From Octopus vulgaris (Eukaryota), in contig OX597819.1 of assembly GCA_951406725.2 (NCBI GenBank), positions 109,058,001 to 109,122,000 on the forward strand: DNA of 64,000 nucleotides. Direction: 5' to 3'. This document shows positions 14,425 to 27,937 of the stretch, piece by piece; position 1 is the first letter of the stretch; each line of letters starts with the position of its first letter. Below the pieces are notes generated by a model. That model was not told the DNA's origin. It saw only the letters and a program-made list of their open reading frames with translations, and made no database searches. Both the position numbers and the translations under genes were made by a program.

Positions 14425-14957
14425 ATCTTTAATTTGCTTCAGTCATTAGATCGCGGCCATGCTGGAGCACGGCCCTCAAGAATTTTTAGTCAAACGAATC
14501 GACACTAGTACTTTTTTTTTAAGCCTGGTACTTATTCTTTCGGTCTTTTTTTGCGGAACTGCTAAGTTACGGGGAGGAAAACAAACCAACAGCGGTCGTC
14601 AAGCGGTGGGTGGGGGACAAACACACACGGGCATACATACATACATATATATATAGAGAGAGAGAGAGAGAAAGGATTATGCCAAATTCCGACTGCTTCG
14701 TATTTTTTTCAATATACAATATCTGTACAATACATCAATTACTACACACACACACACATATATATATATATAGGACGAGGACGGGCTTCTTTCAGTTTCT
14801 GTCTTCCAAATCCATTTACAATGCTTTGGTTGGGCCCAAGGCTATAGTAGAAAACACTTCCCCAAGGTGCCATACAGTGGGACTGAACCCAGAACCACGT
14901 GGTTGGGAAGCAAACTTCTTACCACAAGCTGTCAGCAAACTTCTTACCTCACGCCTG
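14425..14957 (-). mobile_element. tRNA-derived SINE (family A), reverse orientation
   Basis: Reverse complement of the 5672-6064 family; microsatellite in the middle. Confidence 0.75.
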
Positions 14958-15430
14958 TGAGAAGTATTGTGTGGTGTATGTTTTGGTTATATATAGCATA
15001 TAGGTTGTGGTGTGATGTGTACTGTAGTGTAATATGTTGTAGCATGTTCAATCACTTTACTCTGTGATTTCTTGTGATACAGTATTGTTGGGTAGTGTAT
15101 GATGTCCCCCGATGCTAAGTGTTGTGGGATGCTGTGGTATTTTGTGACCTTGCTCGTTATAAGGTTTTCCCTTTTATCCTCTGCTGGTTTCAGTCATTAG
15201 ACTGCAGCCATGCTGGGGCACAGCTCTGAAAAACTTTTAGTCAAATGAATTGACTCCAGTACTTTTTTTCTTTTATTTGAGCCTGCTACTTATTCTATCA
15301 GTCTTTTTGCTGAACCGCTAAATTACAAGGACGTAAACTCACCAACACCGGTTGTCAAGCAGTAGTGGTAGACACACACACACACACACGTATGTGTGTG
15401 TGTGTGTAAAGTTAAACAAAGAAAAGAAAG

Positions 15431-15950
15431 TGGAGATAAGGAAGTTAATTATTTATTATTAACAAATTGGTCATCTTCGCTTCTTACAGCCATTTCAATT
15501 AATACTCAATAATTTTAATTACAAATTTGTACATTAAATTTGCATTTATGTGACATGAGCATAATTTCATCAGTAAAAAAGATGTACCTTGTGATGTTAT
15601 ATGTGGGACCTATCAATTCATTTCATATAACATCCCAAGGTAAATCTTTTATTCTCTGATGAAATGATGCACGTGTCACATAAATGCAAATTTAATATAC
15701 AAATTTGCAATTAAATTATTGAGTATTAATTGAAACAGCTGTAAGAAGTGAAGATGACCAACTTGTTAATAATAAATAATTGTTAACTTCCTTATCTCCA
15801 TTTTTCCCCCCTTCTTTTAACTGGATATAAACTATATGCTTAATATACTTATTGTTTTAAGGGAATTTCATTTCCCAACAATACTAGGTATTGAACCAGT
15901 ACTTCCTTGGATGCAACCATCCCTCCATGAGATTAGCATATCCTCCAATT
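15431..15950 (+). mobile_element. Penelope-like element terminal fragment: ~173-bp-arm inverted repeat plus one-sided tail
   Basis: 15431-15603 pairs with 15624-15800; right arm continues ~150 bp into (TA)n; contains a hammerhead core. Confidence 0.7.
15652..15747 (+). ncRNA. Type I hammerhead ribozyme-like motif with extended stem II
   Basis: TTCT-CTGATGA-[AATGATGC...GTATTAATT]-GAAAC-AGCT-GTA-AGAA: canonical core, palindromic stem III, GUA triplet, 4-bp stem I. Confidence 0.6.
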
Positions 15951-16129
15951 TTATATATATATGTATATATATATATATATATTGGAGTTAGGAAGGGCAT
16001 CCAGCCGTAGAAACACTGCCAGATCTGACTGGGCCTGACGAAGCCTTCCAGCTTCACAGACCCCAGTTGAACCGTCCAACCCATGTTAGCATGGAAAGCG
16101 GACGCTAAATGATGATGATGATGATGATG

Positions 16130-16161
<32 letters not shown>

Positions 16162-16309
16162 CTTCTCTCAGTGTCCATCTACCAAATCCACTCAAGGCTT
16201 TGGTGGGCCCAAGGCTATAGTAGAAGGCACTTGTCCAAGGTGTCACACAGTCGGAGTGAACCCGGAACCATGTTTGCAAAGGAACCTTCTTACCACACAG
16301 CCACACCTG

Positions 16310-17260
16310 TGAGGTTGTGAGGTATTGTGTTGGGTCTTGTAACGATGAGATTTATTGGGCAGTAGAGTATTGTGATCTGGAGTGCTGTGCCATGGCAAGG
16401 TGTTGTGTAGTGTCTGATGGTATGTGGTGTGGTATTGTATAGTAACTTGTGACCTGGAGTGTTTTGGAGGTTGTGAGGTGTTGTGTGGTGTGGAGTGTTG
16501 TTGGGTAGTGAGGTGTTCTGTAGTGCCTTATGGAGTGTTGTAGGGTACTGTGGTATTGTATAGTATCTTATGATCTGGAACATAGTGAGGTGCAAGGTGT
16601 GTAATATTTTGTGATGTGAAGCATTATTGGGTGGTGGAGCATTGCATGGTGTCTTGTGGTGAGGGATGTTGTAAGGTGTATAGCAGCTTGTGATGTGGTG
16701 TCTTGTGGGATAGCATCATGTCTTGTGATGTGTAGCATTGTGGTATCGTATGCAACATCTTGTGATGTGGAATAGTGCCATGTCTTGTGACATGTAGTGT
16801 TGTGACATTTTATGCAGTGCCTTGTGTTGTGAGATAGTGTTGTGTTTTGTGATGAAGAGTAATGTGGGATAATATGAGGTAGTGTTGTGTTTCGTGATGT
16901 GATGTGATGTGATGTGATATTGTGTAGTGTCTTCTGATGTGGGATAATGTGGCATCTAGTGTGAGGGTAGTTGATGTCTGGCACTGGGAAGTGTTGTGGT
17001 GTTGTGTAGCATCTTGTTATGTGAAATGTTATAGAGTTAGTGTGATTTCTAGTGAGGTGGAGTGTTCTGCAGTGCTTTGGTGTTGTGCAGTGTCTTGTGA
17101 TATTGAGCAGTGCGGTGTCTTGTGATGTGGTTTGCAATTGGGTTGTGTGGGATAGCAGGGTATGGGGTAGATCGAACTGTGGAACTAATTGAATAAGCCA
17201 TGGTGTGGTGTGCAAACAGGGGAGGGCAGGAGCTGTGTGGAAAGTTACTAGTGGTGGTAG
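16310..17260. repeat. GT-rich degenerate pentamer (TGTGA/TGTGG) tract
   Basis: Read directly; source of H/T-rich spurious ORFs. Confidence 0.8.
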
Positions 17261-17469
17261 TAGTGGTAAGAAGTGATAATTTTAGTAGAGTGTCATGGGT
17301 AGTAGTATGAGGCTGCACAGTGCTTCGGTTACAATGGTAAATGGTGGTGGTAGTGGTGGGTCAAGAAAGAGAGAGAGAGATTTATGTGTATGTGTACATA
17401 AGAGAGAGTAAGGGTGAGGGAGAGAGAGAAAGAGAGAGACCATATGTGGTGTGTAAGAGAGATTAAGGG

Positions 17470-17501
<32 letters not shown>

Positions 17502-18519
17502 TATATGTATATGTGTGTGTAAGAGAGAAAGTGGGAGAGAGAGAGTAAGGAAAATGAGATGCGGTGGAAGGGTGGATTCACTAATGATAAAATACAAATT
17601 GTAGATACCAAGTAGATATCGATGAATATTGATAATGATGCTGATGATACTGAAGTTGATGACATCACTATGGCGACAGATATATATTAACAAAAAAAAA
17701 TCAGCTGAATTTGTTTTCTCAGACACAATACACCATGACATAGCAAGGTTTTCTAGAATAACGATTTCTTATATCGACATAAGGAGAAACATTTGTAGAT
17801 GGAGACTATAGATAAATGAATTGATCCTAGTGTATAACTGGTACCAAATCATCAAGGGGACTACTACGTGGCCATTTGATCTGCTAGAAACAGCAGCTAA
17901 ATAGCTCTCAGATTACACACTTCATCAGCCCCATCATTTAAATGTCCACTTTTGTATGCTTACATGGGTTCAATAGTGTTTATTTGAATCAGATTTTCTA
18001 TAGTAGAATGCCCTGCCTATTGCCAAACCTCATCTGTTTCCAAGCAAGGTAATATTTCCCCATGCCCAGGTATGTTCTCACAGAATATTGGAAATGAATA
18101 ACATTGCTTGTGTGACAGTGACAATAATTTTACAGCTATCACAAGATGTCATGACAAGAGACACAAACACACACACACCCATATTCATACACACACGTGC
18201 ACACACACACAGGTGCTAACAGGACGGTGTTGTAAGAAGTTTGCTTGCCAACCCCGTGTGGTTCTGAGTTTGGACCCACTGCATGGTAACTTGGGCAAAT
18301 GCCTTCCACTATAGCCAGCCCTTGAGAGTGCATTAGGAAGACGGAAAGTCAAAGAAAGCCGCTGTGTGTATGTATGTATGTATATATGTATATATATATA
18401 TTGATAAAAATGGTAAGACAACATGACTACCGAATAATTGTATATATATATGCATATATATCATCATCATTTAATCATCATCGTTTAACGTCCGTTTTCC
18501 ACGCTAGCACGGGTTGGAC

Positions 18520-18685
18520 ATATATATATATACATATATATATCTATACATATATATATACATATATATATATACACACATATATATATACATATATATA
18601 TATATACACACATATATATATATATATATGTATGTATGTATGTATATATATATGCATATATATATATATATATATATATACATAC

Positions 18686-18717
<32 letters not shown>

Positions 18718-18830
18718 GTATATATATATGCATATATATATACATATATGTGTATATATATACATTTATACACATGTGTATATATATGTATGTATGTATG
18801 TATATATATGCATATATATATACATACATT

Positions 18831-18867
<37 letters not shown>

Positions 18868-18960
18868 GTATGTATGTATGTATATATATTCATATATATA
18901 CATATATGTATATATATATGTATACATATACATTTATACACGTGTGTGTATATATATATA
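18520..18960. repeat. Compound (TA)n/(TATG)n/(TACA)n microsatellite
   Basis: Read directly. Confidence 0.95.
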
Positions 18961-19690
18961 TTATATTATATTAAATTAGAGATAAAACCACTATTAGGCA
19001 AATCAAACAATGAAAAACATAAGCCAATACATAAAATTAATTTAATTTATATTATTTTAAATATATATCAAAAGTATTAAAAGTTTAATAAAAGATAAAG
19101 AGTAAAACACTACGATCGTTTCATGGCTGTACAATTCGAATAACCATAATTTAAATTCAATTAATAATTCGAGTTATGGTTACAGTCAATCTTCAGGTTA
19201 ATTGAAATATCTGGAGCTGAATAGAATTAACCACAACAACCAGCAGTTCCACTTGCCTCTGCAGAGTTGCCACACGTTCAGTCAAAGTCAGGAACTGAAA
19301 CCACTGTCATCGGCTTGAAGAGAATTGGCTTTGGGACAAGTCCAAGGAAATCCTTTAATAATATGATTGTAAAGTTTTGCCTTATAAACCAAACCCTCTA
19401 AATAATTTTTCTTCTTTTTATCATGGCCAAAGAAAAATAATTTATGGCCATCAAAAATAGCCATTTTCTGACGGAGAGGAATAATTTTCTCAGGGAAGCA
19501 GTCAACCACAATGCGTAATTCATTAAGACCGAAAGTATGTGTTGGCTTATGTTTTTCATTGTTTGATTTGCCTAATGGTGGTTTTATCTCTAATTTAATA
19601 TAATATAATATAATATATTTATACAATAAAATTGGATTTAATCCTAAATCTGATTTTTCCCTGTAAGTTTGGATTTATTCCCTAATATTT

Positions 19691-19695
<5 letters not shown>
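18961..19695. mobile_element. Penelope-like element terminal fragment with ~70-bp terminal inverted arms
   Basis: 18961-19030 pairs with ~19536-19608; shares tail AAAATTGGATTTAATCCTAAATCTGATTTTTCCCTGT...TTTGGATTTATTCCCTAAT with the 25970 element; flanked by (TA)n. Confidence 0.65.
19109..19198 (-). ncRNA. Type I hammerhead ribozyme-like motif
   Basis: Minus strand AC-CTGAAGA-[TTGACTGTA...TACAGCCAT]-GAAAC-GATC-GTA-GT; palindromic stem III ACGATCGT; weak stem I. Confidence 0.55.
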
Positions 19696-19731
<36 letters not shown>

Positions 19732-21067
19732 AGGCACCGTAAATTTAGAGTGAATACTTGATAAGTGTAAGCACCTGTATATGCCAAATAGTGGCAGAGG
19801 TGAGAGAATATATCAAATATAAATTAAAAACAGATACATCCATACATACATACATACATACATACACTCACTGAGCAGAAGCATTCATCATATCAAGTTC
19901 ATTGTGTAGAATATTCTGAACTCTCTCACTAGATATGCTAATAGCACTGGCTATTTGATTTGTAGCTAATTGTCTGTCATCCATCTGTATGTGGTGAATA
20001 CAATCAATGTTTTTGTTGGTAGTGGCAGTTGCAGGATGTCTAGACCTTGGATCCTCTTCAAGACTCCTTAAACCTTCTAAAAACTAAAATCTTTTTGTTG
20101 TTGTTGTTGATGTATAACTGATAAAAATGACTGGATGATGATAGTGGAAACCCCTTTGGACATTGTTCAACTAAACAAAGGCTGATCTATAAAACCTTTG
20201 AATAAATCTCATGCATTAAAACATGTTAATGAGATAATGGTACTCTATGGTTTAATTAAAAGAGGAAGGGAAGCGGCCTATGACTTTCTTGAAAGGCCTC
20301 CTTCAGACTGAAACAAAGTTTGAATGATTGTAACAGAATGAACTTAGCTATAGGTACCCAAAGGCTCAAGGTGTTGCTGGTGGTGGTGCTGGTGTTAAGC
20401 AGGGTGACAGACTAAGTTTACCACCCAAGAACAGGCACAATTCATTTGAGCTGCTTCCACACAGTTTCCATCTATCCAATTTCATTCACAAGGGTCTAAC
20501 CAACATGATGGTAAAGGACACTTGTCCAAGGTAAATGTTGCAAAGCATTTAGGCCATTCCTGTAGTGTTTCTGTGTAACCACAACTACTGTCCTTCAATA
20601 ATAATTTCTCACAATGTCTCAGGTTTGTAAGGAAAAGAGTATAACTGAATGACTTGACCAAGTATATGACTGGTACTCACCTTGTAGAGTCTTGTGTGCT
20701 TTGAACTCAGAACACAAATGTATGTAGCTAAATGCCACAAAGCATATTGTTTGCCAGTTGCCCTGCTAATTCTGCTGTCCATTGCACATTTTAATAGAAA
20801 TAGCAGCTAAATCTCCCTCAAATTACATCCTACTCTCCTAACAAAAAAGACACTTTGGACTTGCTGGTCATAACTGGAATGCTTTCCATCAGAAATCTGC
20901 TTAATTAGGGCCAATCTAGAGTTATACAACATTAACAACATTAACTAGGACAAATGCTTCTTTTTTTTTAACGATTTTGTTCCAAAAAGCCTTGAGGCCA
21001 CTGTAATCTAAAAATAGAAAACAAGAGGCCTCCAAATTCAAAAGATATCAATTGACAGAAAGCTTAA

Positions 21068-21288
21068 CCCTTTTGTTACAGTATTTATTTTGAGATGCTG
21101 TGTGTTTCTTCCCATTACTTTAAATATAACAAACAATTTAGTAAAATAACTTAGTCATCATTAAGCTAGTGTTAGGAACAAAAAATTGTGACTAAGGTTT
21201 GGTGGAAGATTTTAATTCAAAACTTCTGAAAACAAAAGATTTGTACTCAGAGCCAGAGCCAGTTTCAGCCAGGTTGGTAACAAAAGGG
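21068..21288 (+). mobile_element. piggyBac-type MITE
   Basis: TTAA|CCCTTTTGTTAC...GTAACAAAAGGG|TTAA. Confidence 0.85.
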
Positions 21289-21590
21289 TTAAAAGGAATT
21301 AATATCATAGACCAGAGGAAAAACAAGATGGTGATAGAGAGTTCCCTAGACACAACTGAACAAATTTTCAGGATGATGGGAAGTACATCTTACAGTTATA
21401 GTTCCATTCATATCTCAGATGCCTTATAAGAATACAAATTAACTTCAGTATTTGCCTAGTACTTTATTTGATCAACCACACACAGAGATGAAAAGCAATT
21501 TTGAACTTGGCAAGATTTAAATTCAGAATGTACAGAGGTGTAACTAAGTACCACAAAGATTTTGTGCAACATTCTAAGAATTCTGCTTAA

Positions 21591-21810
21591 CCCTTTCGTT
21601 ACTGTATTTATTTTGAGATGCTCTGTGTTTCTTTCAATTACTTTAAATATAACAAAGAATTTAGCAAAATAACTTAGTTATCATTAAGCTAGTGTTAGGA
21701 ACATTAATTGTGATATAGGTTTGGTGGAAGATTTTAATTAAGAACTTATGAAAACAAGACATTTGTACTCAAAGCCAGAGCTGGTTTCAGCCAGGTTGGT
21801 AGCGAAAGGG
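21591..21810 (+). mobile_element. piggyBac-type MITE (second copy)
   Basis: TTAA|CCCTTTCGTTAC...GTAGCGAAAGGG|TTAA; highly similar to the 21068 copy. Confidence 0.85.
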
Positions 21811-21875
21811 TTAAAGTTGAATTGACACCAGTACTTAACTGGTCCTGGTCCTCCTCCTCCTCCTCCTCCTCCTCC

Positions 21876-21920
<45 letters not shown>

Positions 21921-22646
21921 CAACTACCATGACCACAACCATGACCACAACGACCACCACCACCATCACCATCATCATCAACTAGCATTAGCATTTTCAC
22001 GGTTGCATACGTGAGATGGAGTTTGCTGAGGTAGATTTTCTACAGCTGAATGCTCTTCTTGTTACCACTTTCAAATGATTCCAACCAAAGTAATAATTTC
22101 ACCATAGCTAGATGTGTCTTTTTTTTTTTTACAGAAGACTGGAAATGAAGAACCTCACTTGTATGGCTGTAATACTTATTTACAACCATCATGTGATATC
22201 TAGACATGGGTATACATAAACACATGCATCTCTACAAATATATATATATGACACTTGTCAAAAATGCCATGGAGTGGGGCCAAACCAAAAACTACATGGT
22301 TGAGGAATAAGCTTCTTAACGACACAGCCATGCCTGTTCCACCTAGGAAAGAGGTAAGGAAAAATGAACTCCATATGGGATTTGAATCAAGAATGTAGTG
22401 GATATTATAAGGAATTTACAGCATTGGTATATTGTTTGTATTTTGCAAATAACATGTCCAAAAATAGTGATTTCTTCAAGGTCAAAAATTTCTTAGGAAG
22501 AAGACTTAGTCAATTGAAGTAAACTCTGGCACCTTGGGCAAGTGTCTTCTACTATAGCTTTGGGCCCACCAAAGCCTTGTGAGTGGATTTGGTAAACGGA
22601 AGCTGAAAGAAGCCTGTCATGTGTGTGTGTGTGTGTGTGTGTTTGT

Positions 22647-22697
<51 letters not shown>

Positions 22698-24119
22698 TGC
22701 GTGTGTGTATTTGTTGCCCCACTATCGCTTGACAACTGATGCTGGTGTGGTTACATCCCTGTAACTTAGCAGTTTGGTAATAGAGACCAATAGAATAAGT
22801 ACCAGGCTTACAAAGAATGGGTCCTGGGGTCAATTTATTTGACTAAAGGTGGTGCTCCAGCAGGGCTGCAGTCAAATGACTGGAACAAATAAAAGAGTAA
22901 AAGAGTAAAGAGATCATGGCTGCTACCATCATCATCACCTTTAATATGGAAGTCAAGGTCTGCATCATTATAGCCTTAATCTGAGGTCATTGTCAACATC
23001 ACCACCAGGACTTTGTCAGGGATGCATTCAGCAGAGTTCACTCAGGTGTAAAAAAATATTTGAAACTGTTTTCTGGTTTGAGGATAAGTCAATACATTGA
23101 TGAGTAGCTTCCTACTGTAGTAACATATGAGTCATAGTTTTTTTCTTCCTTTCCCTCTCCCCACCATGCCCCTTTTAATAATACTGCTGTCATTGTAGAT
23201 TTTCTTGTAGCTAACAAATCCATTTGGTGGAGAGTGACTGTTTGTTATAGGATTAGTTGATCAGGAGTTGATACTTCTCACTTGCAAAGTTTCCTTTATA
23301 TCCTGGTAAAAGAAACAAAGCTTTTTTTTTTTTTTTTTGCTGTGCTTAGGTTTTTTAAAAAAAGGATTAGAATAATAGAAGAGACATCATCGCCCAGAAT
23401 GCAACAAGTAAATCCAAAGACACGGATTTTGGTGCAGTAACACATATAGAGAATGGAGTATCACCATATTGTATATAATCAGATTGAGAGTATGAATACA
23501 ATAGCAAGTCTGACAGATAGATGTGAGGTCAGTAACAGGAGAGTGACTTCTTGACATATTACTCAAACTACATCATCATCATTGTCATCATCTCTATTTT
23601 CCCTCCCACCCCCACTTCCACCCAACTTCAATGCAGAGAGAATGTAGTCAAATATATAACGTATTGGACTGCTTAGTTCATATGCCTTCATTTCAAACCT
23701 GTTTTCAAGTAACGGTAGATATTATACAGTTTGTAAAAGTAGAGTGTCTTGTAAAAGAGCAGGAAGTGGAGATACATCTAAGTGAAGTAAAGTGTCTTGT
23801 CTAAGGTGACTTGACACAATGGATAAAACCAGTAATGGTGGTAGTACCTATTATGGAGTTAGAGGGACTATGGTGAAGTAGCACATTTTGTCTAAGGAGA
23901 CACAACAGCTGTTGTTATCTTGAATAACTATCTGTATCAATGTCATCAATACAAGGGAACCTCTAAATGTATGGGTTTTATCTCTTTCCTTCTTCCAATC
24001 ATAATTGTTGTTCTGTATGTCAATGCGATTCACCCATATTGGCAAAGAGTCAACTTTACTGTGCTCTTTTATTCAAAGAAATAATCGTTTCTAATTCAAG
24101 TACAAAACAAGGCTGACTT

Positions 24120-24495
24120 TATCGTGGTGCAGTGGAATGACTCTGAGAACTATTCCAGAAGAGCTCAAACTTTTGGTAGGGCTTCCCATGCTGTGCAGAT
24201 CAACGAATAGAGGCCATAAGGGTTTGTGAAGGACCGACACCTCTACCTAGAAAAAGCAAAGTTGCAGAAGCATCAACGACAATTCAAAACTAACAAGACC
24301 TGAGAGAGGAAGTCCTTCACTTGGGGAAGCATATGACATGGTGCAGCAAAATTCAAAAAGGAGCTGCAAGGCCAAAGAGCTGAAAAAGCATGGGTCCAAC
24401 TGGAGAGAACCAGAAAAGATGGCTTAAAGTAAAGAACAATGGAGAAAAGTTGTCAATGGCCTCCTATGAGCTGGAGAGAGCAAAGAGTTTAAGTA
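24120..24495 (+). mobile_element. Degenerate non-autonomous RTE-derived element
   Basis: RTE 5'UTR-like GGTAGGGCTTCCCATGCTG followed by a decayed RT C-terminus-like stretch (TGGAGAAAAGTTGTCAATGGCCTC, WRKVVNGL). Confidence 0.4.
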
Positions 24496-24743
24496 TGCTA
24501 CCTATGGTAGACTGATGTCCTATCCAGGAGGATATTTTATCTTTCATCTACCTTTACACCATTAAACCAGACATATATTTGGACACTTTTTACAAAAACA
24601 CCCATATCATCATCATCATCATCATCATCATCATTTTATACCCAATCATCACTTGCCATGTTCTCGTGGGTTGAGTGTTTTGATGGGATCCAATGGGTCA
24701 GAGGACCACGTCTTGCTCCAGTGTCATATATATATATACATAG

Positions 24744-25148
24744 GTGCAGGAGTGGCAGTCTGGTAAGTAGCTTGCTTACCAACCTCATGGTTCCAGGTTC
24801 ATTCCCACAGTGTGGCACCTTGGGAAAGTGTCTTCTACTATAGCCTTGGGCCGACTAAAGCCATGTGAGTAGATTTGGTAGACAGAAACTGAAAGAAGCC
24901 CGTCGTATATATGTATATATATATATGTATGTGTATATGTTTGTGTGTCTGTGTTTGTCTCTCCACCATCACTTGACAACTGATGCTGGTGTGTTTACGT
25001 ACCTATAACTTAGCGGTTGAGCAAAAGAGACCAATAGAATAAGTACTAGGTTTACAAAGAATAAGTCCTGGGGTTGATTTGCTCGACTAAAGGTGGTGCT
25101 CCAGCTTGGCCGCAGTCAAATGACTGAAACACATAAAAGAGTAAAGAG
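24744..25148 (+). mobile_element. tRNA-derived SINE (family A)
   Basis: Same head, core and tail as 5672-6064. Confidence 0.85.
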
Positions 25149-25843
25149 TATATCCACACACTCTCCATGCTCTGACACATCTACCACAACCTCCTCTCAG
25201 CCACTTCATTTTCTGTCACCATCATTTGCAGCAGTCATGTCTTGCCCATCTCTAAACCTTTCCCTTCACATTTATTATCAAACATACCCCTCTATCTCCT
25301 CTGTACTACTTATACTCCCCACTGCTATTCTCCATAGATAGGTCTCAATACATCTCCAACACCATCTATTTCTCTCTCTCTCCATCTTTCTCTTTAACTC
25401 CCTTACTCCTTCCCTGTCCTACAGGGATAGCCATGTATCTCCTCTATAGTAAGACAACTATCTCTCACCCTCTATTAAACTCTAAACTTTTTCCCTCAGT
25501 TCCACTCCTTCTCTCAACTGAGAAGTCTTTGTCTTGCAAGCTACTTGGTGATCTCGCTGTTGCTGATGCCACATAAAAAGCACACAGCACACTCTGTAAA
25601 GTGGTTGGTATTAGATAGGCTCCAGTCTGATCTGGTAGTGTTTCTACTGCTGGATGCCCTTCCTAACACCAACCACTCGTGAGTGTAGTGAGTGCTTTTT
25701 TCGTGCCATCGGCACAGGGGTCAGAGGAGACTGGCAAACGACCACGATCGGTTGGTACTTTTACGTGTCACCGACACGGACGCCAGTCAGGCGGCACTGG
25801 CATCTGCCATGTTCGGATGGTGCTTTTAACGTGTCACCGGCGC

Positions 25844-25958
<115 letters not shown>

Positions 25959-25969
25959 CATATATATAA

Positions 25970-26478
<509 letters not shown>

Positions 26479-26480
26479 TA

Positions 26481-26907
26481 TATATAAAAAAATTAACAGA
26501 ATGAGACAAAAATCCAAGGCTATGAAAATTTTCAGAACATTTACAAATAAAAGGTCTTACAGCTGTTTCCAGGATATTTTATATAACCTTTCATCGGAGA
26601 CGGTGTGAGAAAATGGTTAAGCAATAGTTATTCTAGATAAGATATGAAATAGAGAGTGAAGTAGAGGAAGATACAATGTCCCTGCATATCTCACGTCTCT
26701 TTTCAGTTCTCTATTTTCATTCCTCCACTTCACTCTCTATTTCATATCTTCTCTAGAATAAACTATTGCTTAACCATTTCCTCTCACTGTCTCCAAAGAA
26801 GGGATTTATAAAATATCCCAGAAACAGCTGTAAGACCTACTTATAAATGTTCTGAAATCTTTCACAGCCTTGGACTTTTATTTCAGTCTGTTGATTTTTT
26901 TATATAT
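26481..26907. mobile_element. ~188-bp-arm inverted repeat; Penelope-like element end (second family)
   Basis: 26481-26669 pairs with 26720-26907; shares GAAACAGCTGTAAGA with the 15431 element. Confidence 0.7.
26554..26601 (-). ncRNA. Hammerhead-like motif with U4-to-C core variant
   Basis: Minus strand GTCT-CCGATGA-AAGG(TTATATAAAATAT)CCTG-GAAAC-AGCT-GTA-AGAC. Confidence 0.45.
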
Positions 26908-27071
26908 ACACATGCTAATATATGACCTACATTGGACTCCTCATTCACATAATCACTGTACCTGGAGCTTAACTATAGTCTGTCAATAGCACTTACTTAG
27001 CATTACCTGACACCTTTGTGTCTTCTTGACACCATTACCTCTCACAACCTATATACATACATACATACATA

Positions 27072-27551
27072 TTGAATCAGCTAAGACTCTACTTCCTGGA
27101 GAGAAGACAGGAGAGGTATGCAATAATATATATCTGGAAGATCCTGGAAGGAATTGTGCCAAATTTTGGCATTGAAAGCTACACCAATGCCAGAACGGGA
27201 CGACACTGCATAGTGCCAAAGATCCCAGCAATGCCATCACGCTTCAGGACCAGTTACTGCAAGAGCCTGGGTTTCAAGGGCCCACAGCTTTTTAATATTC
27301 TCCCAAAGAGTCTGAGGAACTTGCACAAAGTTGATGTAGGGGTTTTTAAATCAAAGCTGGACCTCTTCCTGTCGAGAGTCCCAGATGAGCCTACCTCATG
27401 GCAAGAGGTGCAAAGGAGGGTAGCTATATCAAACTCCATTCTTCATCAAGTGCCACATATTAGAGGAGGCTCCTAGTAATAACAGTGTAGTGCAAAACGG
27501 CGGTGCATCAGCATGGCCACAGCTCTGAGCTGAAACTTTAAATTAAAAAAA
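27072..27551 (+). mobile_element. 5'-truncated CR1-like LINE: ORF2 C-terminus, 3'UTR and A-rich tail
   Basis: ORF 27072-27476 LERRQERYAIIYIWKIL...GPQLFNILP...FKSKLDLFLSRVPDEP is typical of CR1-group RT C-termini. Confidence 0.75.
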
Positions 27552-27640
27552 ATATATATATGCATATATATATATATGTATTATATATATTATTAATTGT
27601 TTGAATACCATGCATCCATTTCCAAGTAAGGTTATCTTAC

Positions 27641-27679
<39 letters not shown>

Positions 27680-27765
27680 CATATACATATATATTTATAT
27701 ATATATATATAAATACATATATATATATAATTATATATTTATATATATATATATAAATACATATA

Positions 27766-27879
<114 letters not shown>

Positions 27880-27937
27880 TATATATATTTATATATATAG
27901 GTGCAGGAGTGGCTGTGTGGTAAGTAGCTTGTTTACC

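Noticed and set aside
18374-19080. Long YIYI/HTHT ORFs here and similar ones at 3099-4548, 7256-8061, 16568-17215, 25654-26009
   Set aside because: Translations of microsatellite or low-complexity DNA
20122-20190. Possible C/D snoRNA (TGGA-TGATGA...CTGA-TCTA)
   Set aside because: Only ~50 nt box to box, no recognisable rRNA complement or host gene; TGATGA is very common here
21849-21980. Poly-D/E ORF from (TCC)n(TCA)n
   Set aside because: Trinucleotide microsatellite at a SINE tail without splice support, unlike the true acidic FTSJ3 exons
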